Source of the DNA: Mustelus asterias
Taxonomy: Eukaryota
DNA: 63,506 bases
Assembly: GCF_964213995.1 (NCBI RefSeq)
Contig: NW_027592097.1
Coordinates: 1-63,506, forward strand
Direction of reading: 5' to 3'
The notes beneath the pieces were generated by a model. The model saw nothing but the letters and a program-made list of their open reading frames with translations. It was not told the origin of the DNA and did no database searches. Below are positions 38,981-52,300 of the stretch, one piece after another. A program made the position numbers and the translations under genes. The first letter of the stretch is position 1; every line of letters begins with the position of its first letter.

Positions 38981-39254
38981 TAGAGAGAAAAGTATGTTGG
39001 ATTATATACTGTATAAGAGGAGGTGGATCAGCTGGAACAGTGTAGCACTTAGCGAGATTGCAACAAAGACGTAACTTAACAAGCGACAGATGACCCGGTG
39101 GGGTGGGGTTTGCGTAGGAATAAAAACGCTTGGAATATAAAAGTTCAGTTGAATATAAAAAAGTTGTTGAACTCAGTCCTGAGGGTTTCATTGGAATGTT
39201 GGAACATGCCAAGGATGGATATGTGGACATGAGAGCAAAATGCAGATTTCCTTC

Positions 39255-40150
39255 AGTCCCCCCACTCACTAAACCCCATGTTCCCCAAAATTTCTGGTAT
39301 GTAAAGTGTCCTCCTTTGTGAAGACAGAACTGAAGTATGTATTAGGTTGGTTAGCCATTTCTTTGTTCCCCATTATAGAACCCCATTTCTGACTTGCCTT
39401 CACCAATCTTTTTCTGGTTCTATAAGCATTTAGTCAGTTTTACATTCCCCGCAAGCTCTCGTTTTTTATTTTCTCCTTCTTAATCATTCCATTTATTCTC
39501 CTTTGCTGAATTCTAAACTGCGCCCAATCCTCAGGTCTGCTGGGTTTTTTTTCTGGCCAATTTGTATACCTCTTCTTTGGATCTAATACTATCCCTAATT
39601 TCCCTTGCAAGCCATGGTTTGTCACCTTTCCCATTTTATTTTTATGTCAGGCAGAATAGAATGATTGTTGCAGTTCATCCATGTACCTTTTGAATGTTTG
39701 CTATTGCCTATCCATCGTCAGCCCTTTAAGTAATGTTCCTCAATCTATTATAGCCAACTCACACTTCATACTATCGTAGTTTTCTTCATTTAGATTCAGG
39801 ACCCTAGTCTCAGAATCAACATCACTCTCCATCTGGATGAAGAATTCCATTTTAGTATGGTTGCTCATCCCTCAGGGACCTCGCACAACTGCATTATTCC
39901 TTTTTCATTACACAACGGCACGTCTAGGATAGCCTGTTCTCCAGTTGGTTCCTCAATGTATTGGTCCAGAAAACCATCCTGTACACACTCAGGAATTCCT
40001 CATCTATGGTATTGTACCACTAATTTGATTTGCCTAATCTATATGCAGATTAAAGTCACCCATAACTACAGATGTTCTTTTATCACATGCATCTCTAATT
40101 TCCTGTTTAATGCCATCCCCAACATCACCACTTGGGGTCTATATGCAACC
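39255..40150 (-). mobile_element. Degenerate CR1 LINE (region between endonuclease and RT)
   Basis: Resemblance to CR1 ORF2 (PEDWAQFR...KKEKI); many stops. Confidence 0.65.
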
Positions 40151-40225
40151 CCCACTAATATTTATCATGCAATTCCACAACACGGAGAATAAAGTCCATC
40201 ACTGTCAAACAAACTAAATAAAAAC

Positions 40226-40231
40226 TTTATT
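40226..40231 (-). terminator. Candidate distal TUT1 poly(A) signal (proximal candidate 42071-42076)
   Basis: TTTATT on + (AATAAA on -) at the end of about 2 kb of largely repeat-poor 3' sequence. Confidence 0.4.
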
Positions 40232-42263
40232 TTTAGAATTACCAGTTAAGCAATTTAAAACAAACCAACTTTGTAAAACTCGAATACAAATTCAAACTAT
40301 AAATATACACATATGTATAAAAGTTGAGAGTATCCGCCACATTTCAAATGGCACACTAGCAAGTCTTAAAAAGGGCGAGAGAAAGCGAGATTGAGATGTT
40401 CACGCTGTTTTATTCTGATGTAGTGCTGGAAAGATACAACCTCCTCCTGATCTGCAAACCGAACTTACCAACCAGTATTTAGATATTGTGCCCTTAGGCA
40501 AAAGCCATCTCCAAACATATTTTTGACAACAGAATTGTGCATTGCAAGGTGCAATCATTAACAGTTTAGCAGGAGCAATAACAGAGGACTTGTACTGGTA
40601 TATGGTCATTGTAGAACTAATTATTTCATTTTTAAAATGTATATATGATGGGACCTGGAATATTAAACACAAAGTTGATTACACATTCATCAGGTTTACA
40701 ATGTTCATTCTGAGGATGGGAAAGTCCAAAACTAAAACTGCAGAATTCCAGGAGATACATGATTAGATTCTCACTAAATTCAATTTCTCTTTCACACACT
40801 ACATATCAAAAGGCGTTAATTAGATTTGTTCCAATGTTTTCCCAACCGCACTTTTGCTGTTGCCAGGTGCAGAAACGGTGATAAATTATAATCTTCCAAA
40901 ACATTTAAAATTTAAAAATAATGGAGTGATAAAGCTCAGTGATTTTTCTCATCTTTCCTTCCACCATTGGCTGCCTGCATCCAACCCACCCCGTACCGCT
41001 CTGAAAGGAATTTCCCTCCCTCCTCTGGCACACACACAATAACTGCCTTCAAACTAGATTACTGTCCACTAAGTTTATTGCCCTTTTCATGGTGGCAGCA
41101 CTGTTTAATGTTTGATTATCCCACATTCCGATACAATGAAGAATTAATGACAGTGATACTTTTAATGTAAATTTATGAAATGCAGGGAAGACGGAAGGTC
41201 TTGCATCACTTGTGTCACCCTAATAGTTTGGTATGTATTACTAGAGTAGCTTCTTTTCTGCACTGCTGTCTTTGTGCATCAATATAAAATGCTCAATTAT
41301 GAATATCAGACAAATATCTGTGTATAGGCAAGATCCCAGATCAATTTTCTTCATAATAATGCTCAAAACTTACTTTTGATAACTATGCCTATGAACTTAT
41401 CAATTGATGAAGCAGGGTCAGAAAAACTCTTTGCCACATCAGTAGAAGAATAAAAGCAAATATATCTGTACAAAACAAACTACAGAATAAACGTGGAAGG
41501 CTAGTCATGAAAGAGCATTTATGGTGCGCAAAAGGAAACTCCACAAAGGCAGAATTCAATGTTGATGAATCCCTGAGTGCAGTGCCACAACCACATGTCT
41601 GTGTGTCAGAGAGATTCCGTTACCATTTTGTGATTTAGTCTCTCAAATGAGCTTGGAAGTCCAATTCAGCTCGAACTTGCCACATCAGTAAAATAAGCAA
41701 GTCAAGATCTTTTGTTCTCTGATGTTTCTTTCCATTCGAGAAAACGGCTGACCCCTATCCCACGGCTTTTGGATGACATCAATGAGAATTCCCATTGACA
41801 GCGGCGGGACCAGAGAACCCCACCACTAACAAACAACGTGCTACCTCCCGCCGACGGGAAACACGCGGCTGGGAGGCCAGAGAATCTCGGCCAACATGTC
41901 TACCGGACATGTTTCTCCCCAGATAATTCCAGTTTGTATCAGTTTAGGATGCAATAGAAGGCGGCAAATATCATTATTTTTTTGCTGCATAAGTTGGTTT
42001 AACAATGAGCTTCATCATCTATGTCACCCTCACTGCATTTTCACCTAATACAGATATTTTGGAACCCTCATTTATTGGTTACACTGTTTATACAATCGAT
42101 CCACTCCTATTCAGATTTACTCAATGCATTTCAAACGAAACACACATCTTCATGGCACATTTCAGAACAAAAGCTTTCAAGTAACATTCCAGAAGTCAAT
42201 TCATATTTTATACAAAAACTTTAAAAATATATATAACATCATCAATTCCACACCCGTGACATT

Positions 42264-43339
42264 TTAGTCAGATTTCTCAAAGCATTTTTCAGTCATCTTA
42301 GGAACAAATGATTCTAGGAAATGAAAGAATTCTATGAATAAAGCAGTTTGTTGAACGGGGGTAACTCTGATCACAGTCCTTGTGTCTTCATTACCTCCGA
42401 CCAGAAAGGCACTAAATGAAAATGTTATTAACGGGCTAGATTTATCGCTCTTCTCCTCCTGCTGCATTATACCTTCAGTAACCTTTTCTTCAATTTCCAA
42501 GGGACTGGCAACCACGTTAGTGTTTGCGTCAGATTCATTTGTTTTATAATGGAGCTGACGTCTCATTTTTCTCCGCCCAACCCATACTCTGTTCCAAACA
42601 GAACAGTGCCATGTCACCTCTCCCTGGTACTGCAGAGTCTCGATCCTTGCTTTTTTGGTGCCTGATGTTTCGGGTGCCTCTTCCACAGGACGTGCTCTCT
42701 TCAATCCAAAACTGTCCTCCTCTTTGCTCCCAGTTCCATCAAAGCTACCGATCTTTACATCACTGGTTTGTACATTACTCCCCTCAGTACATGAACAACT
42801 ACATTTAAGGACAGTCTCCATCACATAGAGGACAGCATGACACACCTTGTTAAACCAGATCTCCCTGAAGTCAGAAGATCCATGCAGTCTTTTCCTCGTT
42901 TGCTGTGACAGGCATGACAATTTGAAGGGAATAGTTAACATATTCCCACCAAGGCACAATTCTTTGCCTGGACTATAATCCACTGCTGGAGAATGTGCAG
43001 GGGAACAGTCCAAACTACTGAGAGGTTGAAACAATCTGACTATGCCCCAGATCTTCCCTTTGTTTGACTTCCTTTGATACTGTAGGCTGCGACAGTACTT
43101 GAAGGCTTCATCCAGTTGCCGTTTAAACTTCTGTCCTGTCCTTTCGTTGACGTTTCCAGAAACATTATGGCTCAGCTCAAAAGGATCCTGGATGTTAATT
43201 GGCCCAAGTCGGAGATTTCTGTCTGATTCAGGATCAATAAAATCAGTGACAAGATGAACTTTGCCTTTTCTCAGTGAAATGACTGTTCCAGCAAAGTCAA
43301 ACTGAGAATAAAATTTGTAGAACTCTGCAAGAAGCCCAC
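42264..43339 (-). CDS. TUT1: TUT1 last exon (PAP-associated domain, basic NLS-like segment, KA1-like region)
   Basis: acag|GT GGG CTT; LLAEFYKFY...[10 protein letters not shown]...[17 protein letters not shown]...RRKMRR...FFHFLESF. Confidence 0.95.
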
Positions 43340-46300
43340 CTGTCGTATATATAAAAAAAGTTAAGACTTCCAGGAACAGATTTACAAATTCAGCGCAACA
43401 TTTTAAATTATTTTTAAAAAATCTATGTGATTTTAAATGCTGGTGATTAAAATCTTTCCATTTCATGCACCCACTATCAACGAGTATCACAAAGTCTGGT
43501 GAAGCAGTTATGCAGAATGAAATGGCCTCTATTCTTGTTCAATTTCAGTTGAAGTTTATTTATTAGTGTCACAAGTAGTCTTACATTAACACTACAACGA
43601 AGTTACTGTGAAAATCCCCTCGTCGCCACACTCCGACGCCTTTTCGGATACACTGAGGGAGAATTTAGCATGGCCAATGTACCTAACCAGCAGAGTCTTT
43701 CAGACTGTGGGAGGAAACCGGAGCACCCAGAGGAAACCCACGCAGACATGGGGAGAACATGCAGACTCCGCACAGGCAGTGAACCAAGCCGGGAATCGAA
43801 CTGTGAAGCAGCAGAGCTAACCACTGTCCTACTGTGCTAATTGGCAATGAGTGCAAAATTTACAGTTTTATACTGGAGCTGCATATAGATTGCCTGAACA
43901 CATTTCATAGAGGATCCTAACAGCCTGCAGAACTTTATCCCACCTGTCCAGATTGCAGTCAAATCCAGGTCACGGTATTTAATACTATACCACCCAAGCC
44001 CCATAATTCCAAAGTTTCGAAATATAAGCAACACTTTTCATTAAATATGCACAGTTATATAATTACTGTATGCAACTAAAAAACAAAGATCAGTAAAAGC
44101 TAAATACTTACATAATCCCTCAGAATTTGCACTGCTTTCAATTTTAGAATGGTCACTTGGAAAAGTACAGTCCCAGCCATCAATTATACAATGGTCATCC
44201 TCATCTCAATAAAAAGACACAAAATTAATTTCCACTTCACCTCAAGGTTGTCCATAACTTAAACAAGGACATGAAAATACAATAATTAAAATTAAACCTT
44301 GCATTACCTACAAGTTAAGACAAGTTTGAAGATGCAATATACAGTTCTCCGAGGTCAGTTATCCACGGAAGCTATGGCTATCGACAGGACAACCCCACCA
44401 AGTAATAACCCTGCCTGTCAAAACAGAAGTGCTCCAGTTTGATATATTTCAACAGAGCCTGGACAATCACTTTGATTTTATTATCTACAAACATCTGATG
44501 AAGAAGCTACATAATTCATCAAGGCAATCGTGTAAGATTTAATTTTTGAATGCGTTACAAGCTATCCTGCCTCATCAAAATGGTCTACATACTTCATGGA
44601 GTAAGAAGCGTGCATCCGCCTCTGTAGACAACATTGTCTTTTACTCTCTCAACCAATTCTCAAGTAATGCATCTTCTATGGCTAAGAGGGCACGCTACAA
44701 CAATCAGTCAGCTTTCAGCTCATTGCGAATGCTATTCTTAGCTTTTGCTAAAGTGTTTAAGACAGCAGTCCAATGGAGAATTTCCATTAAGTTTCGAGTT
44801 GGCATCTTTCCCGCATGCAGAAAAAATAGTGAAGAGTAGCTCTGGAACGTGGAAAATCAGACTTGTGCCTTTCCACTTCACATCACTAAATCATAGAATC
44901 CTACAGTGCAGAAAGAGGCCATTCGGCCCATTGAGTCTGCACCGATCACAATTCCACCTAGGCCCTATTCCCATGCATTCACCCGAGCTAGTCCTCCTGA
45001 TACTAAGGGGCAATTTAGCATGGCCAATCCACCTAACCTGCACAACTTTGGATTGTGGGAGGAAACTGGAGCACGTGGAGGAAACCCACGCAGACATGGG
45101 GAGAATGTGCAAACTCCACACAGTCACCCAAGCAGGGAATCGAACCCAGGTCCCTGGCGCTGTGAGGCAGCAGTGCTAACCACTGTGCCACCCTTATAAG
45201 TGACACCTTGCATTTTGAGATCCAGTATGTGAGTTCTGATAAGACGTCATCGCCCTGATACGTTAACTGTGTCACTCTCTCCAGAGTAATTGTCTGACCT
45301 GCTGAGAGCTTCCGGCATTTTCTATTCTTAGTTCACATTTCCAGCATTTGTGGTATTTCGCTTTTATCTTTTGTACTTTTGTGTTTTTAGCTTTTTTGAA
45401 GATGCTAAATTTTGTGCTCGCAGTTAGGAGTGCTAAGTGTTGGGAAATACAAACTGTCTATTGTTTGATTGCAACAAGCTTCATCAAAGGTCAAGGAAAG
45501 CTCTCCCTGCGGTGCCCCAAAAATGTCTTATCCCAATTTCAGAAAACTCCCCACTGCTCCAGTGTGACATTTCTACTTCCATTACAACCATTCTAGATAT
45601 GACAGTTGACACGGTGGCACAGTAGTTAGCACTGCTGCCTGACAGCACCAGGGACCCGGGTTCAATTCCCACCTTGGATGATTGTGTGGAGTTTGCACAT
45701 TCTCCCCTTGTTTTGTGTGGGTTTCCTCCGGGTGCTCCGGTTTCCTTCCACAGTCCAAACATGTGCAGGTTAGGTGGACTGATCATGTGTGGGGGCTATG
45801 GAGATAGGATGGGAGAAAGGAACTGAGTAAGATACTCTGTTAGAGAGAGTCGGTGCAGGCTCGATGGGCTGAATGGCCTCCTTCTGCACTGGAGGAATTC
45901 TATGATTCTATAACTGCACAATTCAAAACTGTTAATGACATTTCACACTGGATTGAAACTGCTCAACTTTATTTTAAGAACATAAGAACATTAAGAACTA
46001 GGAGCAGGAGTAGCCCATCTGGCCCCTCGAGCCTGCTCTGCCATTCAACATGATCATGGCTGATCTTTTCGTGGACTCAGCTCCACTTACCCACCTGCTC
46101 ACCATACCCCTTAATTCCTTTACTGTTCAAAAATGTATCTATCCTTGCCTTAAAAACATTCAATGAGGTAGCCTCAAATGCTTCACTGGACAGGGAATTC
46201 CACAGATTCACAACCCTTTGTGTGAAGAAGTTCCTCCTCATATATCGGACTCTTATAGTCCATTAGTCTCGGCTGAATTCAAATCCATCCCAGACTGTCC

Positions 46301-49300
46301 CAAAAAAGGACAGTGCCAAACACAAATTTGTAAGCTTATAGTAGTGCTAAACGGTGACCAGAAAATAGCATTTTATGGTACTAAATGATACTTTATTTAA
46401 AAAAATGACTATAACTCAGCAAAACTATCAGAGTGCAAATATAAAGTTTAAAGTTTATTTGTTAGTGTCACGAGTAGGCTTACATTAACACCGCAATGAA
46501 GTTACTGTGAAAATCCCCTAGTTGCCACACTCTGGCACCTGTTCAGATACACTCAGGTAGAATTTAGCATGGTCAATGCATCTAACCAGTATGTCTTTCA
46601 GACTGTAGGAGCAAACCGGAGCATCCGAAGGAAACCCACGCAGATACGGGAGAATGTGCAGACTCTGCAGAGTGACCCAAGCTGGGAATCGAACCCAGGT
46701 CCCTGGCACTGTGAGACAGCAGTGCTAACCACTGGGCCACCGTGCCACCCCAAGCATAAAAAATTTGAAGCGGTTCTACTGGCTTATTGGAAGTATTAAA
46801 GAAAACAAAAGAGCATGTCTGCTCTCTTACAACTTCCAAAAGTTAAGAAATTTTGTAATTTCTCTGATTAACCTTCATTGAAAAATCTTTTGACAATTTT
46901 TGCAAAGTGTACAATATGTCTTTTAACTGTATTTTAGTAGAAAATTTAAAAAGCAAGGTTTCCTTTCTGATAGCCATACCTGCAAGCTCTTTTAAAAGGT
47001 TCACAGTAGGGAGAATTGGAGGTGTCCTGTTCTGAAGGAAGAACACAACCAAGAGAGTCACTGCATAATTATTCATCAATGGCCCCCCTCCAAAAGGATT
47101 TCCTGAGACAAAAGTGAAAAATAAGTCATATATGTCGAACGTGGTGTAAACATTTTTTATCAAACTACGATTTTAAAAGTTAAAAAGCAACCATAATATC
47201 CTAACAATGAAAAGTCGATGTTACAATGAAAACTGAAACAGCCGTTGTCCAGTATTCAATTGCAGAGTAATTCTGTGAATGTTCTGCTAGCACAAATAGC
47301 ACTTCTTCCGTATTTTTCTGGCACAACGGTTAGCACTGCTGCCTCACAGCATCAGGGACCCGGGTTCAATTCCCGGATTGGGTCACTGTCTGTGCAGATT
47401 CTGCACATTGTCCCAGTGTCTGCGTGGGTTTCCTCTGGGAAACACTCAATGGGCTGGATTTTAGGGCCTGACTCGACCCGAGTCTGGAAAATCCTGCCCA
47501 AGGTCAACTTTTAGAAGAATGAGAGGAGATCTAATTGAGGTGCGCAAGATGATTGGGGGGGGGGGGTTTGACAAGTAGACATGGAGAGGATGTTTCCTCT
47601 TGGAGGGAAATCTGATAGCAGATTTAAAACAGAGATGAGGAGAAATCACTTCTCTCAAAGGGTGGTGAGTCTGTGGAATTCACCACCCCAGAGGGGATGT
47701 TGGGACATTGAGTAAATTTAAGAAAGAGGTGGACAGATTTTTAATTAGTAAGAGTCTGAAGGACAACAGCGAGCGGGCAGGAAAGTGGAGTCGAGGCCAA
47801 GTTGAGATCAGCCCTGACCGTATTAACTGGTGGAGCAGGTTCGAGGGGTTAAATTGACCACTCCCGCTTCTAGTTCTTATGTCAAGACACCATGTTAGCA
47901 CAACCTGATCTCTTCCCCCAGTCTCCACTTCCGTCCTTCCTTATAATTGTGGTCCCTTTTGCTCAGGCTGGTAATTCAGAGAAGCAGCATAAAATTACAA
48001 GTAATCTTTTAGTGTGAACACTAAAGTGGGTTAGCACTTTGCAAACACATTTCAGAAAAGATATGCCCCATCATTTACGGTGGAATTCAAACCCATGTTA
48101 TAAAGGGTGGCAGGACAATGTCCAAGCCCACTATACCCTACAGGTCTCTTGTAAAGTTCTTTGCTGTCCCCAAGCTATTCTGAAAAGGGTTCTCTAATAA
48201 TGGGTACAGCAGATAGGAGTGAGTGAAATGAAGCAAGCAGCAGCATTTGCAATGGTGAAGAAAACCAAACCAGTCAATTTACAGCTTTTTAGAGTGCATT
48301 ATGCAAACCCTTCTATGCTATTGAACTTTACCTAGATCATGTTATTTTACAAACAAGTGTAATACATTCCTACTCTTACTTTCTGCAAGTTCATAAAATG
48401 GTATAACCCAGAAGGTCAATCAGTCCATTGTGCCATACCAACTCTTTGGTAGAATCATCCAACTAATTAATTGCCCTGCTCTTTCCTCTTAGTCCAGGAA
48501 TGTTTTTTCTCTCTTCAAGTATCAATCCAACTCTGTTTGAAATGTTACTGTTGAATCTGTTTCCACCAGCTTTTCATGTAGTGCATTCCAGTTCATCCAA
48601 AAGCTTGCTGTGCAAGAAGCTGGTTTATTCACACCACTTCTGGATCTTTTGCCAAGTTTCTTAAATTTGTGTCCTTTGTAAATCAACCTCATTGTCACTG
48701 GAAATGGCTTCTCCTTATTTACTCCACCAAAACCTTCTATCAAATATCCTTTGAACCTCTCTGGCTTTACGGAAAACGATTCCAATTTCTCCAGTCTCTT
48801 CATGGGACCATTCTAACAAATCTCTTCTACACCCTCTCCAACTGTAAGTTGTATATAGAGTGTGTTTAGTTCCATGCAGATGAAGAGCATTAATTGGGGT
48901 TTCACTTGAGCACATACAAAGAGGCACTTACTGAAACTGTGGTGTGGATGAGTTAAGAGATGTAGCTGGTATTGATTCACTGCATAAATAAACATAGACT
49001 TAATAAAGATTGGCTCCGCGTCATCCTTCACCAACTGGCTTTCTGGGATAGAACACCAAGGCCTTGACATTCTTCCTAAAGTGTAATGCCCAGAAATGGA
49101 CACAATACTCTGGCTGAGGCCGATGTTTGACGAAGATTTAGTATAACCCTTTTGCCTTTCTAATCTATTCCAATATTAAAAATGCCAAGCATCCAACAAC
49201 CTAGGAACATAGGAACAGGAGTAAGTCATTCAGCCCCTCGAGCCAGTGACACCACCATTCAATAAGATCATGGCTGATCTGTGGCCGAAATCCATGTACA

Positions 49301-52300
49301 TACCCGAGGCCCATATCCCTTGATAACCCTACTCAATAAAAATTTGTCTTCAAACCTTTTCTTCTGCAACCTTCAAAGATTTGTGTACACACACCACCAG
49401 ATTCCTCTGTTCTCTTTCTAATTGTACCATTTTGTTAATATTGTCTCTCTTAACTCTTGCTTTCAAAATGTATCACTTCACACTTCTGTGTTGAATTTCA
49501 TCTGTCCATTTCACCGGTATGTCTGAAGTCTTTTACTACCATCTTCATTGTTTGCAAGACTTCCAGGTTTCATGTTATCTGTAGACTTTGAACTTATGCT
49601 CTATATACCATAATCTGGTGGTCATTAACATGTATCAAAAAGAGCAGTGGCCCAACAAAGGCTTTTCGGTAAAACAACGCAGTATGCTTCCCCCAGATCT
49701 GAAAATCACTTGTCCACCAGGACTCTCTGCTTCCTGTGCATTCATCAATCTTGCATCCACACCCCTATAACTCAATGGTCCTTAACTTTGTTAACAACAT
49801 GTACTAAATATGTATCTTTGAGGTAGGTAAGGGAAGGACAATTAGGGATGGGGAATAAATGTTTGCCTAGCCAACAATGCCCATATCCCGTGAAAGAATA
49901 AAAAACATCAAAATCACTCAGAAGTAAAGAATTGTCAGACAAAAAAAAGCTTTAAATTTGGAGAAAAAATGGTCCAGCATAGTTTAACATTGCTAGATAT
50001 ATTGTGGATCGCTGTTCATTCAATCTGAAATCTTCACTCCCAATCAATTAATGAAAGGCATAGATAGGGTGAACGGTGGGAAGCTTTTTCCCAGGTCGGT
50101 GGTGACGTTCACGAGGGGTCATAGATTCAAGATGAGGCCGGGGGGGGGGGTTAACACGGATATCAGAAGGACGTATTTTACACAGAGGGTGGTGGGGGCC
50201 TGGAATGCGCTGCCGGGCAAGGTGGTGGAGGCGGACACACTGGGAACGTTTAAGACTTATCTAGATAGCCACATGAACGGAGTGGGAATGGAGGGATACA
50301 AAAGAATGGTCTAGTTTGGACCAGGGAGCGGCGTGGGCTTGGACGGCCGAAGGGCCTATTCCTGTGCTGTATTGTTCTTTGTTCTTTGTGGTTACCTGAT
50401 TACTCCACATGGAGAGTCCTTAAGGCTACATGAACTGAACAGCAGCTAAGACAGCTTTTCTTACCAGCTAGGTGCTTTTGTTTTGCCCAGTAGCGAACAG
50501 CATAAACTAGAGATCGCACTCTTTGATCCACTGATGCACACAATTGAAGAAACATTGTGTTACGTACAGCCAACCTATAAAAACAGATCATCCCATTATT
50601 CATGTAACTTCAAGCAAGTCATCAGAAACATGTTTTAGTTTATGTGTGGAAAATGCAAAAACTAACCATAAAGATAGCTAAAATTGTCATAAATTGTACT
50701 GAAGGATACTGAATAAGAGGTTCAACAAGGTGATACATAGTGAGTGTGCAAGAAAGATTGTATCATGTTACATCTAACGTGCACATTATGATCTGTATGT
50801 TTGTGAAAGATAAAAAAAAGGACAGGTAGAGAGAAGTACTCAGGGGCACTGAGACCAAACGTACAATCACACTGCTGTCTGTTAATTAAGAAAACATCCC
50901 AAGAAGCTTCACATGGACACATGCCATAGAAGGAGGAGATATTAGGAAAAGCAACGAGATTTTCCGTCTGCTGGCAGGATACAAAGTCAGGACTGCTTCT
51001 GAGTACTGATCCCACCCCAGGGAGAAACAGTAACTCATTGGGATTTTCACAGGGTACTCCCTTCATTGGCACAGAGACACGTTCTGGGAGCTAGGGTGGA
51101 CTCTCAAAACTGGAGGCTCAATCAGGGGCTTCCGGTTTGAAAGGAGCAGTAATAACGGAAGTGAAGTAAAAAAGAAGATTCTTTAAGATGGAGACATTTA
51201 ATGGGTTTTTGGGGAGGGGCAGGGAGAGGCTGGTAAGTTGGGACTTATAAAAGAATAGGAGTGGGGAGCGGAGATTTTGGTTATAGAGCATTACAGCTGA
51301 GAGCTGGTCTAGAAAAGCATTGGAGGCAGCAACGTTTGAGCAGCAGATTGATTAAGTTAGGATTGAAGTTGGCAATGTGATTAAAGCATAAACACAGCTT
51401 TTCTTTAGACGATCAAATAGGATGTTGTCAAAGTAGTTAACATTTTCGTTCAGCCTGAGGCAGTTGTCCCAGAGAGGAAAAGAAACAGAAGGGAACAGTC
51501 TGTGGTGAGGATGAAAGACAATGAGTGAGATTCTCCATCCTCCCAGCCATGTTTCTTGCCGGTGGTAGGTGGCGGCAGGATTCTCTGGTTCCACTGCTGT
51601 CAATGGGAATTCCCATTGATGTCACGCCATGCCGGCGGGACCAAGGAATCTTGCCGGTCTGAGGGTCCGGAGAATTCCAGCCAATGGCTTTGGTCTTCCC
51701 AAAGTTGGAAGAAGCTGCAGTTCAGTTACAAGACTGTTTTTTGGACAACACAGAGGCAGTGAAAGAGTCGAGAGAGGTAGAACTGGGTGTCGTCAGTGTA
51801 CATCATGAAGTTGAGCCCGTGAACATGGGTGTTGCCAACGGGGATTATGTAGATGAGGCAAAAGAGGAAGCCAAAGATGCATCTTTGGGTGACCACAGAG
51901 ACAGTGCTGCAGTGATAGGAAAATACGTCATTGCACTCTCTACGACTGGATAGGTAACAAAAGAAGCAAACCAGGGCAATCCCACTAAGAAAGACAATAA
52001 CAAGAGTTGCAGCAATTGAGAATGGTTTGTCAAAGCACGCAGAGGAGTCAGGGGAGATAATGCACCATGGTTAGAGTCACAGAGCATGCAACCATGACTT
52101 TGGCAAATGCCAATTCTGATGGTTACAGATTTGGAAGGCAACACCACATTCAAGAAACGTTGGAAAGAGATGTTGGAGCAGGGACAATAGCTGGCAAGGA
52201 AAGCAGGCTAGCTTTCTTTTGAAGATAGTAACCATGGAGACAGAGCCACTTACAATGTTAACTAGAATGAAGGTGGGGAACAGAGGTCAGCACTTTCCTG

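Noticed and set aside
43340-43490. N-terminal part of the 408-aa ORF
   Set aside because: It is intronic read-through upstream of the acceptor at 43339
44495-44520. Isolated CTGATGA motif
   Set aside because: No helix II or GAAA follows, so it is not a hammerhead
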